Notes: generated by a model not told the origin, from the sequence alone. 64,000 nt of DNA from a candidate division FCPU426 bacterium (GCA_963796105.1 CAWCKJ010000004.1:224001-288000), one strand, 5' to 3'; counted from the stretch's first letter, positions 50,009 through 61,048 are shown. Made by a program: numbers and translations.

Positions 50009-52420
50009 TCACCGCAAAACCAAAAGCTTCAGGATTTGGCTCACGCCATTGGCGTTCACCTTTATGAAATAAAGACCATTGGCGAGGGGTTTCCCCCATT
50101 TACCCACTGTCTCCAATCCGATACTCCCGCCCGCCGGCACCCTGGAAACCGTAAAATCCTGGATCTTCCGATAATTCACCGTATAAACCTGGACCTTTAC
50201 TTCCATGACAGCCGCCGTTTTCTTGATTCTGCCGTTCGAGGCGGATCCCATATTCAGCTGGATGCTGACCGGGCCTGAGTTTTGAACCGGGTTGGGTGAA
50301 ACCAACATCACGGAATTCGCGTTTCCAGTCCCTTCAGTGGCGGTTCCTGTCGGAGTTTCTGCAGGCGTTGTAACCGGGGTTTCCGTGGGCGTGGCTGTCG
50401 CCGTAAAGGTTGTTCCCGTATCGGTATTGGAAGGCGTTGGTGTAGCGGTCAGAGTATCGGTGATGGTTGGGGTATTGGTCTGGGTATCTGTGGAAGTACT
50501 CGTCATCACGGGCGTTTCCGAGTAAGTTGGGGTGTTGGTAAAGGTATCGGACATGGTTGGAGTTTTGGTCAGGATTAACGGAGTATCCGTGAATGTAGGG
50601 GTATCCGCGGGAGTGGACGTGTTGGTCCAGGCCACCGTGGGGGTTGGCGTTTGCGTTGGCGTATTGACCAGGGTGAAGGTGTAGGTGCTCGTGTAAGTCT
50701 GCGTCACGGTAGAAGTGGCCGTCAGGGAGTTTGAAACCACCAAGGTCTCGGGACTGTTCGAGAACCAATAAGGCGTGAATCCCATGTTTCCGTAGCCAGT
50801 GGCGTTGTAAAGGCTTGTCGTAATGGTGCCCGAAGCGTTAGGGACCAAGACATAGTCGACGGTAAAACTGCAGGAATGGCCCTGCCAAATCGGTGAACCT
50901 GAAAAGCTGAGCGGTACCCCGCCCTTGCTGACGCTGACAAGGGTGCCGTTAATCCACAACTGCATTTGCTGGATTTGGGTCTCATCGTTTACGCTAAAAA
51001 ATATGGACGTAATATCGTAAAGACTGCCGGGGCAAAAGGAATCGTCCGTAGAAGCGGTGCCGCTATAACCCACCACCGTGCCCCCGCCCGAAACAGGATT
51101 GGCCGGAAGGTTTGACTCATAAAAAATAAACATCGCGCACCCCGTCGGGGTTGAGGTTTGGGTGACTGTCGGCGAAAGGGTAAAGGTGAACGTGGGTGTC
51201 GGGGTGTTCGAGGGTAGCGGCGTGTTGGTCCAGGTCGGCGTGGCGCTTAACGTCTGCGTCGGTGTCAGGGTTGGCGTATTGACCTGGGTGAAGGTGAGGG
51301 TGCTCGTGTAAGTCCGCGTCGCGGTGGAGGTATGGGTGGCCGTCCTGGTGAAGGTGGGGGTGTAAGTCCGGGTCGGGGTGCGGGTCCATGTCAGTGTCCG
51401 GGTGAACGTCTTCGTGGGCGTATTGGTGATGGTATGGGTGTAAGTGGGAGTATGCGTGAAAGTCCGGGTGGCGGTCGGAAGGGTGCCGGTCGCGGTGGGG
51501 GTATGGGTTGGGGTCTGCGTCCTCGTCAAAGTGAAGGTTCTAGTTGCGGTTTTGGTGAATGAAGGCGTGAATGTGCCCGTCTGGGTGCGCGTCCAGGTCG
51601 GTGTTCGTGTGGGTGTTATTGTGTGGGTAGGGGTCCGAGTATTGGTAATAGTGGGAGTCAACGTTTGCGTCCGAGTCAAAGTGAATGTCGGCGTACTAGA
51701 TTGGGTTGGGGTAAATGTAGCCGTTGGTATGGGAGTATTTGTGCCAGTCAGAGTTGGAGTCGGCGACATATATCCCCCTGCCACCGCCAACGCATCCCAT
51801 GCCAGTGGAAATGAATTCCACAACCCGTTTCCCGAGTCTTCCCAAGTCAATTGCACTCCGCTTCCATCCACATACCCCGATATACCCGTAATTTGTGTAT
51901 CCAGGTCCCCTTGAGCAGAGGACGACAAAATATAATCCACCGCGCAGCTATTTCCGCCAAATGAACCGCTGAAAGAAAAACTGCTGCTGAAACTTGTCGT
52001 CACAGCCGTATTCCCGTCAGTCAATATTACCCCCAGAACATTGCTCGCGAGGTTTCCATCCACGGTAGTGGCAAAGCTGTAATTGGTGATGGTCTTAGGA
52101 CAAGGTGCGTCGTTATCGTAAAAGGTGTAATTAACCTTATAACCCACCACTGTGATTCCCGCGGCCACAGGATTTCCTCCTCCAACCATGATTGGGGAAT
52201 AAGTGGTGGGTGAAAAACCATAATTTATTACTGTTTTAGAGCATCCGGTGGCCGTGGGGGACTGGGTAGGTGTCCATGTGTAAGTGAATGTTGGCGTGAA
52301 GGTCCAGGTAAAGGTGGGAGTCTGGGTTGGCAAGATCGTAGGCGTGGATACTTGGCCCCTGACCTGGCCGGCGATTAATATATTCAGGCTCACAATCATC
52401 AATAATGTTGATTTTTTCAT
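50009..52420 (-). CDS. Secreted Thr-rich protein with C-terminal sorting-like domain
   Basis: Signal peptide, long T-X dipeptide tracts, two small globular domains, C-terminus SPNP...LANGLYFIKV...LKLLVLR. Confidence 0.8.
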   Translation of the reverse strand: MKKSTLLMIVSLNILIAGQVRGQVSTPTILPTQTPTFTWTFTPTFTYTWTPTQSPTATGCSKTVINYGFSPTTYSPIMVGGGNPVAAGITVVGYKVNYTFYDNDAPCPKTITNYSFATTVDGNLASNVLGVILTDGNTAVTTSFSSSFSFSGSFGGNSCAVDYILSSSAQGDLDTQITGISGYVDGSGVQLTWEDSGNGLWNSFPLAWDALAVAGGYMSPTPTLTGTNTPIPTATFTPTQSSTPTFTLTRTQTLTPTITNTRTPTHTITPTRTPTWTRTQTGTFTPSFTKTATRTFTLTRTQTPTHTPTATGTLPTATRTFTHTPTYTHTITNTPTKTFTRTLTWTRTPTRTYTPTFTRTATHTSTATRTYTSTLTFTQVNTPTLTPTQTLSATPTWTNTPLPSNTPTPTFTFTLSPTVTQTSTPTGCAMFIFYESNLPANPVSGGGTVVGYSGTASTDDSFCPGSLYDITSIFFSVNDETQIQQMQLWINGTLVSVSKGGVPLSFSGSPIWQGHSCSFTVDYVLVPNASGTITTSLYNATGYGNMGFTPYWFSNSPETLVVSNSLTATSTVTQTYTSTYTFTLVNTPTQTPTPTVAWTNTSTPADTPTFTDTPLILTKTPTMSDTFTNTPTYSETPVMTSTSTDTQTNTPTITDTLTATPTPSNTDTGTTFTATATPTETPVTTPAETPTGTATEGTGNANSVMLVSPNPVQNSGPVSIQLNMGSASNGRIKKTAAVMEVKVQVYTVNYRKIQDFTVSRVPAGGSIGLETVGKWGKPLANGLYFIKVNANGVSQILKLLVLR

Positions 52421-52836
52421 AGCAATCCCCTTTCCATACCTCTAGACGGCAAAGGGCCGTTTTATTGCAAAGATTTTTTAAAATATTTATCGAACGGTGA
52501 CATTGAGGAAAAACCTTTAAATCCAGGCCTTTTCTTGAGTTTCAATTGGCCCCAGGCCCGGTTTGGAGGAGATATTTTGACCAATGCGGCGGATTTTACC
52601 GATAGATATTTTTCAAGGATTTTAGTATTCGGATCTTCTCGCGGTTTTTAAAATCGAAAACACTTGAACCGCTAAAGCCGATTAAATTATTCACAGGTTC
52701 TGGTAAAATTAGGTGAAGTGAAACAGAGTGTATATCCCCATTGTGAAAGTTTCGCTTTCCGCGTCTTTGAATATTCTGTTCTCCGGGTTTTCTAATCGCT
52801 GTTCTAAATTATTTCAATTTAGTCAAAGGCCGGCAC

Positions 52837-54801
52837 ATGAGGACTCTTTTTCTTTTTTCACTCACCGTCATTCTGCTTCAGGGCATTCAGGCGTTCGGAA
52901 CCACGCCCATGGAGTATTTCAACAGCCTGGTGGCGGGAGGGGATGAACCAGGGTACCGTGACGGCGCCTTTGTCTCGGCGCGTTTCAACAATCCGGCGGG
53001 CCTTTGTTTCGACGAGTCGGGAAAAACACTTTATGTGGCCGACTCGGGAAATCACCGTATCCGAGTGGTCAATCTGGATAACAGCAATGAAGTCGGGACC
53101 CTCGCGGGCAGAGGCGCCGCCGGTAAAGAGGACGGCTCCTTCGACAAGGCGACCTTCAACTCTCCTACCAGGATAGTCAGTCTTCCTAATAACCGTTTGG
53201 CAGATTACGACGCCGGCACGACGCTGATCCGCCTCCTCGACCTGAAGACGCGTCTTGTCTCCTCAGTCCCCGTCCCGGCGAATATTTGGGATATGCTTTA
53301 CCGCCCCCAGGACGACAGCCTTTATTTCTCGGAGCCGGAAAGTAAAAGCCTTGGAAAACTGGATCTAAAGTCCCTGGCCATTTCCACCGTTTTCACCAAT
53401 GATCCCCAACTTCCCTCCCCGCAGGCTCTTTGCCTGGGAAACGACAAGTTTTACGCGGCCGATAGGGATTCATCCGCGGTGTTCGAGTTGAGCCTGCCGG
53501 ATGCGAAAACACCTGATCAAAAAGTTGTAACTTTCAAGCAAATCGGGCAGGCGGACCATATTCAGGGGATGGCTTATTCGGATGGGGTCCTCTACGCAAT
53601 TCAAGCCGGGGCATATCCTTTTGTCCAGGTGGATTTGCCCAAATCCAAGCCCGTCAGTTTGGCGACCGCCTGGGGTTTCATGGTCGATAACGGCAATCCC
53701 GGCGCCGAACCCCTCTTGGATTTTAAAGCCGGTCAACCCGTTGGTTTTTCCGCCCCGCCGCAGGAGCCGTTGAAATTTTTCGTTTCCCGCCCCGGAATTG
53801 ATAAGCACTCCATCGTCAGCCTTAAAGATTACCATTTCGACAAGCTGTGGAAAGCCGACAACAGGTCGGATTCGGACAGCTTTGGACATGTGATGGATTA
53901 TGACTACCCGCTCGAGAAACCCCGGGGGACCTACCGTATTTTTTTGGTCGGGGACTCAAGAACCTATATCGCCCCTGAAGTCACCCCTGGTTCGTCCTAT
54001 GGGGATGATTGGTTCTATGGCGCCCCTAGAAACTACACCATAGGCAAAAGATTGGAGCTGTTTTTAAACACGGAAGCCGCCCTCAGGGGGGTGAAAACCC
54101 ATTTCGAGGTTTTGGAATGGAATCGAAAAGGAATGGCTTTAAGCAACTACGCTTATTACGAGTTGCCCCCCGTTGTTAAAAGATACAACATCGACCTGGT
54201 CCTGGCTCTGGAAGGGCACCCTGGATACGACGACTATTACATGAAGCCCATGACATCGGAGGGCATCCCCTCCCAAAAAGAGGATTTCGAGTACATCCTG
54301 AAGCCCTTATCGCAAAGGGTTCCGCCGGGCGTGGCCGCGGATTTATACCAGCGTTACAAAAAAAAGGTCACGACCGACACTGAGAAATTCGGGTACCCGA
54401 GCCCCAATTCGGACACGGATTTTATTTGCGGCGCCGATCCTGAGATGAGGAAGGATCTCATCGAGATGTCGGGCCGCCGGTTGCAGATGCTGTCCGAGAA
54501 ATTACAATCCATGAAAACTCCCGAGGGCTATCTTCCGAAGCTGGTTCTTTTCCATGTCCCGCAGAGGGGCTGGGACAACGACTGCATCGTATCCTACTGG
54601 AGGGACCTTTGCGAAAAATACAGCCTTCCCCTTATCGACCTGACCAAAAGCTATAACGCCTTGAAAATCGCCTATTACCCAGCGGCCACTGACTGCTGTT
54701 CAGGCCATTTCACGGCTTACGGAAGTAAATTGGTCGGTTATCTATTAAGCCGTTACTTGATCGAGGATCAATTGATTCCGTTTGAGACAGCGGACAAGTA
54801 G
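52837..54801 (+). CDS. Secreted NHL-repeat + SGNH-like hydrolase-fold protein
   Basis: ARFNNPAGL...LYVADSGNHRIRV NHL repeats. RIFLVGDS and a C-terminal GHFTAYG. Confidence 0.7.
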   Translation: MRTLFLFSLTVILLQGIQAFGTTPMEYFNSLVAGGDEPGYRDGAFVSARFNNPAGLCFDESGKTLYVADSGNHRIRVVNLDNSNEVGTLAGRGAAGKEDGSFDKATFNSPTRIVSLPNNRLADYDAGTTLIRLLDLKTRLVSSVPVPANIWDMLYRPQDDSLYFSEPESKSLGKLDLKSLAISTVFTNDPQLPSPQALCLGNDKFYAADRDSSAVFELSLPDAKTPDQKVVTFKQIGQADHIQGMAYSDGVLYAIQAGAYPFVQVDLPKSKPVSLATAWGFMVDNGNPGAEPLLDFKAGQPVGFSAPPQEPLKFFVSRPGIDKHSIVSLKDYHFDKLWKADNRSDSDSFGHVMDYDYPLEKPRGTYRIFLVGDSRTYIAPEVTPGSSYGDDWFYGAPRNYTIGKRLELFLNTEAALRGVKTHFEVLEWNRKGMALSNYAYYELPPVVKRYNIDLVLALEGHPGYDDYYMKPMTSEGIPSQKEDFEYILKPLSQRVPPGVAADLYQRYKKKVTTDTEKFGYPSPNSDTDFICGADPEMRKDLIEMSGRRLQMLSEKLQSMKTPEGYLPKLVLFHVPQRGWDNDCIVSYWRDLCEKYSLPLIDLTKSYNALKIAYYPAATDCCSGHFTAYGSKLVGYLLSRYLIEDQLIPFETADK

Positions 54802-54875
54802 TTTAAACGCGTTTAGTCGATTGGGATTCCGGAAAACCGGTTCGCGATAAATAGGACCGGACGAGGAGGAAAAGT

Positions 54876-56696
54876 TTGGTGTATCGTTTATTTTTTTATC
54901 TTTGGTTTCCTTTCTTGTCCCTGCTTTTAGCCTCGGCCAGCGGCCGGGCGGGATCCATCACACCCATGGAATATTACAACAGCCTCGTGGCAGGGAATTT
55001 CGACAGGGGGTTCCGCGACGGCGCTTATGCCGGCGCCTTGTTCAGCGACCCGTCCGGCATCTGTTTCGATGAGACAGGGGAAAGGATTTTCGTGGCGGAC
55101 TCGGGAAATAACCGAATACGGGTGATTGATCTTTCCAACCATAATTCCGTCGAGACATTGGCCGGCACGGGTACCGCCGGCAATGGGAATGGTCCCTTCG
55201 AAAACGCCGCATTCAATAAGCCTTACAGGATAGTCGCCCTTCCCGGCAAACGATTGGCTGTCGCCGATGGCGGGGACAATCCGGTCCGGCTGTTGGATTT
55301 AAAAACCCGCACTGTTTCCCCGTTAACCGAAAACTCCGGAATTTGGGACATGGTCTACCGCCCCCAGGATGACAGCCTCTACTTTTCAAGACCTTGGAGC
55401 GGTCAAATTGGGAAGTTGGACTTAAAATCACTTGCCGTTTCCATCATTCTAACGAATAACCCCCAAGTTCCATCACCCCAGGCCCTTTGCATAGATCAAA
55501 ATAAATTATTCGTGGCTGATGCGAACCTGCCCGGGGTGTACGAATTGGTTTTACCCGATGGAAATTCCATGGATAAGGACGGGGTTGTTCTCAAGAATGT
55601 CGGCGAGGGAGACCATATCCAGGAAATGGCTTTCTCCAATGGCGTTTTATACGCCTTGCAAATGGCGAAAGAACCCATGGTACGGATAGCCTCCCCGAAA
55701 TCCGAACCGGTCATTCTTCCGACACAGTGGGGCTTTTTCACGAATGACGACAACCCCGGATTTGAGCCTTTCCTGTTGTTTAAACAGGGGTTCATGCCGG
55801 GATTCGCAGCCTCCCCGAGTGAACCCGGAAAGCTGTACATCTCCCGGCCCACCACCGGCGGCATAGCCTCTAGGTCTCCCGGGATCGGCCCAAACGCCGT
55901 CATCAGTGTTAAGGATTACCATTTCGAAAAAGGATGGTTTTCTAATGTCGTAAACACGGATGTTTCGGGTTTGACGGATTTTGAGTATCCGGAAAAGAAA
56001 CCGAGCGGCACCTACCGCATTTTAGTGACAGGAGACTCAAGGACTTGTACCGCCACAAGGATGACCGCCGGAAATCGAGATGGAAACCAGGAGCCCAATT
56101 CCCTGAGGACCGACACATTCCCCAAACAATTGGAGGTTTATTTGAACACGGAAGCTTCCCTCAAGGGAGTGGGCACTTGCTTTGAGGTGTTGACCCTGAG
56201 CCGCCCCGGGAAAGCCATAAGCTCCTATGCCTATGAGGAAATACCCCCTATCGCCCAAAAATACGGCGTGGATATGGTTCTCGGATTGGCGGGATCGGCC
56301 GGGCCCGACTGGAAATCGTTGATAGCTGGCGGTTCCGACGCGAGGAAAAATTCGATGGATTCGGCCGGGTCGCTTTTGAAGCAATTTTCCAAAAAACTGG
56401 ACACCCTGAAAACCTCGGGCGGCTCGCCGGTGAAGCTGGTTTTCATGTATGTCCCCTCCAGGTCCTTCCCGAACGATTATGCCGGCTCCTTTTGGAGAGA
56501 CCTTTGCGCGGAAAACAATTTTTCCTTGATTGACCTGACTGAGCCGTTTGACGGCTTGAAAACTAGCTACTATCCGGTGAATGAAAATTCCGGGGACAAA
56601 AATTACACGGCTTATGGAAGCGAGCTGATCGGCCTGCTTTTGAGCCGGTCCTTGGTGAGGGATAAACTCATCCCTTTTGAGCCCGCAAAAAAATAA
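54876..56696 (+). CDS. Paralogous NHL-repeat + SGNH-like protein
   Basis: Colinear similarity to the upstream gene (TPMEYxNSLVAG, YRPQDDSLYFS, GDSRT, TAYGS). Confidence 0.7.
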   Translation: MVYRLFFYLWFPFLSLLLASASGRAGSITPMEYYNSLVAGNFDRGFRDGAYAGALFSDPSGICFDETGERIFVADSGNNRIRVIDLSNHNSVETLAGTGTAGNGNGPFENAAFNKPYRIVALPGKRLAVADGGDNPVRLLDLKTRTVSPLTENSGIWDMVYRPQDDSLYFSRPWSGQIGKLDLKSLAVSIILTNNPQVPSPQALCIDQNKLFVADANLPGVYELVLPDGNSMDKDGVVLKNVGEGDHIQEMAFSNGVLYALQMAKEPMVRIASPKSEPVILPTQWGFFTNDDNPGFEPFLLFKQGFMPGFAASPSEPGKLYISRPTTGGIASRSPGIGPNAVISVKDYHFEKGWFSNVVNTDVSGLTDFEYPEKKPSGTYRILVTGDSRTCTATRMTAGNRDGNQEPNSLRTDTFPKQLEVYLNTEASLKGVGTCFEVLTLSRPGKAISSYAYEEIPPIAQKYGVDMVLGLAGSAGPDWKSLIAGGSDARKNSMDSAGSLLKQFSKKLDTLKTSGGSPVKLVFMYVPSRSFPNDYAGSFWRDLCAENNFSLIDLTEPFDGLKTSYYPVNENSGDKNYTAYGSELIGLLLSRSLVRDKLIPFEPAKK

Positions 56697-56745
56697 CTTC
56701 ATGCGGGGTTGATGAGAATGTTACCGGTCAGGGGATTTCATTTTA

Positions 56746-58362
56746 TTACCGTAACACGACCACTTTTCGGATGGTTTGTCCGGACGGCTGCTGGATGATC
56801 AGGAAATAAACGCCGTTTCCGACGATATCCCCGTTGGAGTTCCGCCCGTCCCAGGATTCCCTGTAACTTCCCGCGCTCATGGACGCGTCCATCAATTTCC
56901 TCACTTCTTCCCCCGCGAGATTGAAGACCAGCACTTTCACCCGGCCGGGGCTGTCCACGCGGATATCCATCCCCAGGGTCTGGCCGTTCCCGGGTTTGAA
57001 CACATTGGAATCCAGGACCAATTCGGAATTCGGCGTCGCGGTGGGGGTGGGGGTAAAAGTCGTTGTCGGAGTATAAGTTTGTGTATAGCTGGGAGTGGAC
57101 GTCGAAGAAGGAGTCGGTGTAGAGGTTGGGGTGGGGGTGGATGTAGGTGACGGGGTGGGCGTAGACGTGGGGGTGTCCGTAAAAGAAGGTGTTGGCGAGG
57201 GTGTGTTCGTCACCGTCGGAGTATAGGTGGGCGTGATCGTGGGTGTTAGCGTGGCTGTAGAAGTTGCGGTGGGCGTGGGTGTACTCGACGGCGTATTGGT
57301 GGTGGTATTTGTCGGTGTCACCGTCGGGGTATAGGTCGGGTAAACCGAAATGGAGCATTGGTAATACATTCCCAATCCTCCGGTAGATCCTTGAGGTGTC
57401 CCCGATCCGCCTGTGCCGCCTTGGACGCTGACCCCCCCGCTGTAGCTCATGCTTACGGAGGCGCAAAGGTTGATGATTCCCCCGGCTCCTCCCCCTCCTC
57501 CGCCCCCAGCAGATCCGGTACCGCCATTGCCGCCTTCGGCTGATACAACCCCTGTTCCCGTAATGGTCGCGGCTTGGACATAAAGCACCCCGCCCGCCCC
57601 TCCTCCTCCGCCGCTTCCCGCGGAGGCGTTTCCACCGCTGAGTCCCAGAAGAATAATCGAGCTGTTGGGACCGATGCTCACTTGCCCGTTCGGCGCGTTA
57701 ATCGCCAAATAAGAGCCCGCGTTCCCGCCCGTGACGGCAGCGCTTCCCCCTCCCCCGCTTCCCAAGGTTAAGGGGATTATTCCGGAGTCGTAAAGCGCCC
57801 CTCCATTGATGGCTCCCCCGCCGTTGCCGCCCAGGTCTCCGTGGCCCCCCCCGCCGCCGCCTGTGGTGGAAGTCCCTGCGCCCCCGCCGCCCGGGCCTTG
57901 GCCGGCCTGGCCGACTGCCCCTCCAGCGTAGCCCCTTCCGTCTCCCGTCACCAAATTGCTGGCGGCCATGTTGAAACTGCCTTGCTCAACGTTAACGGTG
58001 ACCATCCCGAAAATCGTGAACCAGGCGTTTCCGGCCATGTAGAAATCCCCGCTGATCACATTGATCGTGATGGGTCCATCGGCGATTAGATTGGAGGTGT
58101 TTGAACCAGTGATCGTCACCCCGCAAAAGTTATAGGTCCCGGAGGTTAAGGTAAGGCTGCCGGAGGAGAGGTTGATGGTGGGGCAAACCGTAACGGTGTA
58201 AGTCGGGGTGGCATTGGAGGTGTTGGTCGCCGTGGAGGTCAAAGTGGGCGTCGGGGTCTGGGACCATCCGGTTGACGGCGCGAGTAAACCCAGGAAAACG
58301 CAAACTAACCCAAATTTTAAACATCGGGTCATCCGGCTGTCATTTTCGGAAAGGACTTTCAC
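56746..58362 (-). CDS. Secreted Gly-rich/Thr-rich protein with C-terminal FlgD-Ig-like domain
   Basis: GSGGG repeats and a T/P linker. [12 protein letters not shown]...[18 protein letters not shown]. Confidence 0.8.
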   Translation of the reverse strand: MKVLSENDSRMTRCLKFGLVCVFLGLLAPSTGWSQTPTPTLTSTATNTSNATPTYTVTVCPTINLSSGSLTLTSGTYNFCGVTITGSNTSNLIADGPITINVISGDFYMAGNAWFTIFGMVTVNVEQGSFNMAASNLVTGDGRGYAGGAVGQAGQGPGGGGAGTSTTGGGGGGHGDLGGNGGGAINGGALYDSGIIPLTLGSGGGGSAAVTGGNAGSYLAINAPNGQVSIGPNSSIILLGLSGGNASAGSGGGGGAGGVLYVQAATITGTGVVSAEGGNGGTGSAGGGGGGGAGGIINLCASVSMSYSGGVSVQGGTGGSGTPQGSTGGLGMYYQCSISVYPTYTPTVTPTNTTTNTPSSTPTPTATSTATLTPTITPTYTPTVTNTPSPTPSFTDTPTSTPTPSPTSTPTPTSTPTPSSTSTPSYTQTYTPTTTFTPTPTATPNSELVLDSNVFKPGNGQTLGMDIRVDSPGRVKVLVFNLAGEEVRKLMDASMSAGSYRESWDGRNSNGDIVGNGVYFLIIQQPSGQTIRKVVVLR

Positions 58363-58481
58363 TTGTGGGCTTATCCTTCTTGCTCAATCAGCGCATGGGT
58401 TAAAAACCTCATTTCCAAGTCTAACGCTTATGGCAATCAGCGTCAAACCCATGCCCGTATTGTCGGATAAAGCGGAACCCC

Positions 58482-60890
58482 TTACTCCCCGGAAACCGGT
58501 CCGATCCAAAGTTCCCCCTGGCCGGAAGCCTGTGGCCCGAAATTCATGCCGTTCACTTTCGATAAATCCATGGGATGCCCCATTTCGGCGTTGTCCGGCG
58601 TGTAATAGGGATCCTTCACGAAGGAGGAAAGGGGAACCCTTACCTCAGTCCATTCCTTTGACGGCACCGAAACTTTGGTGGTGTACTGGACATTCCACTT
58701 GTCTTTCAGGGACACCTGCACTTCCCCCGGCAGGGTGGTCTTGGCCTGGAAGACCATCGTCTGGTCCTTGGAGAGGTCGTAGGCCGCGTTGTGCCAGAGG
58801 CCGCAAAAGCCCCCGGCCTTGAGATCAAATGTCAGCTTTACGGCTTTTTGCCTCTTCTCCGGGCCCTTCTCCATCGAAAAAGAAAGAGTGGAGCCTTTCG
58901 AGTCGGCGTAGACTCCGGTTTGGTCCAGGGATTTCCAAGCCTCGAAAAACGCCTTGCTCTCCGCCTCGGGCTCCGTCTCGGTGCTGAAGCGGAAAGGCGA
59001 GGCCGGCAAGCCGTCCTCATTGAGGAGGTTGCAGGCCGGATTGTCGGCCCAGGCGTATCGCACTTCCACGGGCTTCCTCACGGAATCGCTCCAGACTTCC
59101 AGGGTGTCCCCGCCGGTGATCTTCGCGTCGGCCCAATAAAATTGGCCGTCCTCATCGGAGACCGCGAAACCCGTGACGGGCCCGCCGTCCTTGGCCGCCA
59201 GGCCTTTTCCTGTTTCTTTGAACTTCAGGAGCATTTTCGATCCCTTGACCTTCAAGCTCTCAAAGAGGGGCCCGGAATAAACCAGGGGTTTCTGGTAAAC
59301 CTGGGCCAAGGCAGCCAGGGACAGCCTCCTCCCTACCTCGGTCTTGTTCTTCGGGTGGATGTTGCCGGCCTCCCCCAGGTCGATGGTGGTCACCAAACCC
59401 GTGTTGGGAACCGCCAGGGTTCTCAATTGGGCTTCCCTCAGTTCCGCCCAAGAGCTCTCGGAAGGCTGGAGTTTCCTTTCCATGTAGTTCGGCAATTGCA
59501 CGATGAAAAAAGGCAGTTCCTTACCCCAGGCCGTGCGCCAGCTTTTGATAAGGGTGGTCAACAGAAGTTGGTAATCGGAAGCCCGTCCCGCGTTGGATTC
59601 CCCCTGGTACCAGACCACGCCTTTGACGTCGAAGGCGGTCAGGGGCGCGATCATGGCGTTGAAAGCAACCGAGGCGATCTCGGGATTGTAAGGAACTTCA
59701 ACCGTGATGACCATGGACTGGATGGCCTCCTGGGTGAAGGCCTTGGGCTGGCCCCATCCCCCCTGTTTGAGCGAGGAAAGGGGATAAGTCATAAGCTTCC
59801 ATTCGCTGGAAGCATTGAAGACATCCGTGGAGTAGTAATCGTAGTCGGCGATGGAGGATTGGCCCAGCTTCATGCGGTACTTGCCGTTCCCCTTGGCGTA
59901 AAATTCGATGGAGCCGTAATCGCTGAGGTCCACCGAGGAGTTGTCCCCCTTGAGCGGCGTCGAAAGGGTGATCCAGCCCTTGCCCATCATGGTGCCGGAC
60001 AGGGTCGCGGCTGGCCCCCCCTCGGGGCGCTTTCCGTCGGCCTTGAAGGCGCCGGTGGAACCGCTGTTGGCGAAACAATTCCAGGCCCCGCCCAGGCCGT
60101 CGGAACCGGCTTGGAGTAGGATTGGCTTGGCCTTGCCTTTGTCATCCTTGGGCATAAGGCGGATATCTGAAAGCTCGAGGTCATAGCTTGCGCCGACCGT
60201 CCAGGCCTTGACCTGGTCCGGGTTATTGTCCCAATCCTTGAGTAAAGAGGCGAACTGAGGTTCCTTGTTGAGGGCGTCCCGGGGCACCCAGCACTCTCCC
60301 GAGGTCCCTCCCCAGGCGCTTTGGATCAGCCCGATGGGAACCTTCAAAACCTGGTGGATGTCTTTCCCGAAGTGGTAGGCCACAGCCGAGAAATCCTTGA
60401 CCGTGTCGGGCGCGCAGACCTTCCAGGCACATTTCACCTCGGTCGTAGGCGCCGCCGCTGTAGCCTGTTCGATCATCAACAGCCGGATATTGGGGATATC
60501 CGCCTTCGGGATCTGCTCATCGGCGTCATGAGTCCGGGCCATCGGAAATTCCATGTTGGACTGGCCGGAGGCGAGCCACACGTCGCCCACCAGAACGTCA
60601 TTGATCGTCACCGCCCCGTCGCCTGAAACCACCATGTCATAGGGTCCCCCCGCTTCCAAAGCAGGAAGGCTTACTTTCCAGTTCCCTTTCGAGTCGGCCA
60701 CCCCTGTGGCATTTTGGTCCGCCAGCGTAACCGTGATGGTTTTTCCAGCCTCGGCCTTGCCCCAAACCGCGGGTTTTCCCCGCTGGAGGACCATGTGATT
60801 CCCGAAAATCGTCGGCAGCCGCAGCTCGGCGTTGGAATGGGAAGCCAACAACACCAATCCCAGCAGAAAGAATGAGAGTCGCTTGTTCAT
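58482..60890 (-). CDS. Sialate O-acetylesterase-family (SASA) carbohydrate esterase with CBM11/CIA30-like domains
   Basis: FGNHMVLQR, GDVWLASGQSNM, WGGT, WYQGESN, VQLPNY, IHPKNK, VRYAWADNP. Confidence 0.9.
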   Translation of the reverse strand: MNKRLSFFLLGLVLLASHSNAELRLPTIFGNHMVLQRGKPAVWGKAEAGKTITVTLADQNATGVADSKGNWKVSLPALEAGGPYDMVVSGDGAVTINDVLVGDVWLASGQSNMEFPMARTHDADEQIPKADIPNIRLLMIEQATAAAPTTEVKCAWKVCAPDTVKDFSAVAYHFGKDIHQVLKVPIGLIQSAWGGTSGECWVPRDALNKEPQFASLLKDWDNNPDQVKAWTVGASYDLELSDIRLMPKDDKGKAKPILLQAGSDGLGGAWNCFANSGSTGAFKADGKRPEGGPAATLSGTMMGKGWITLSTPLKGDNSSVDLSDYGSIEFYAKGNGKYRMKLGQSSIADYDYYSTDVFNASSEWKLMTYPLSSLKQGGWGQPKAFTQEAIQSMVITVEVPYNPEIASVAFNAMIAPLTAFDVKGVVWYQGESNAGRASDYQLLLTTLIKSWRTAWGKELPFFIVQLPNYMERKLQPSESSWAELREAQLRTLAVPNTGLVTTIDLGEAGNIHPKNKTEVGRRLSLAALAQVYQKPLVYSGPLFESLKVKGSKMLLKFKETGKGLAAKDGGPVTGFAVSDEDGQFYWADAKITGGDTLEVWSDSVRKPVEVRYAWADNPACNLLNEDGLPASPFRFSTETEPEAESKAFFEAWKSLDQTGVYADSKGSTLSFSMEKGPEKRQKAVKLTFDLKAGGFCGLWHNAAYDLSKDQTMVFQAKTTLPGEVQVSLKDKWNVQYTTKVSVPSKEWTEVRVPLSSFVKDPYYTPDNAEMGHPMDLSKVNGMNFGPQASGQGELWIGPVSGE

Positions 60891-61048
60891 GAAAACCTCC
60901 TAGGTGTTTTGCCCCGGCTAAAGACTTCATCGGCAACGAGGGATGATTTTACATATTTTGGAGATATCTTTGCCGATCAAAAATATCATATTACCCAATT
61001 CCGGGGTTGGCTTTGAGTTTGCTTTTAAACATCCGCCCTTTTATAAAC

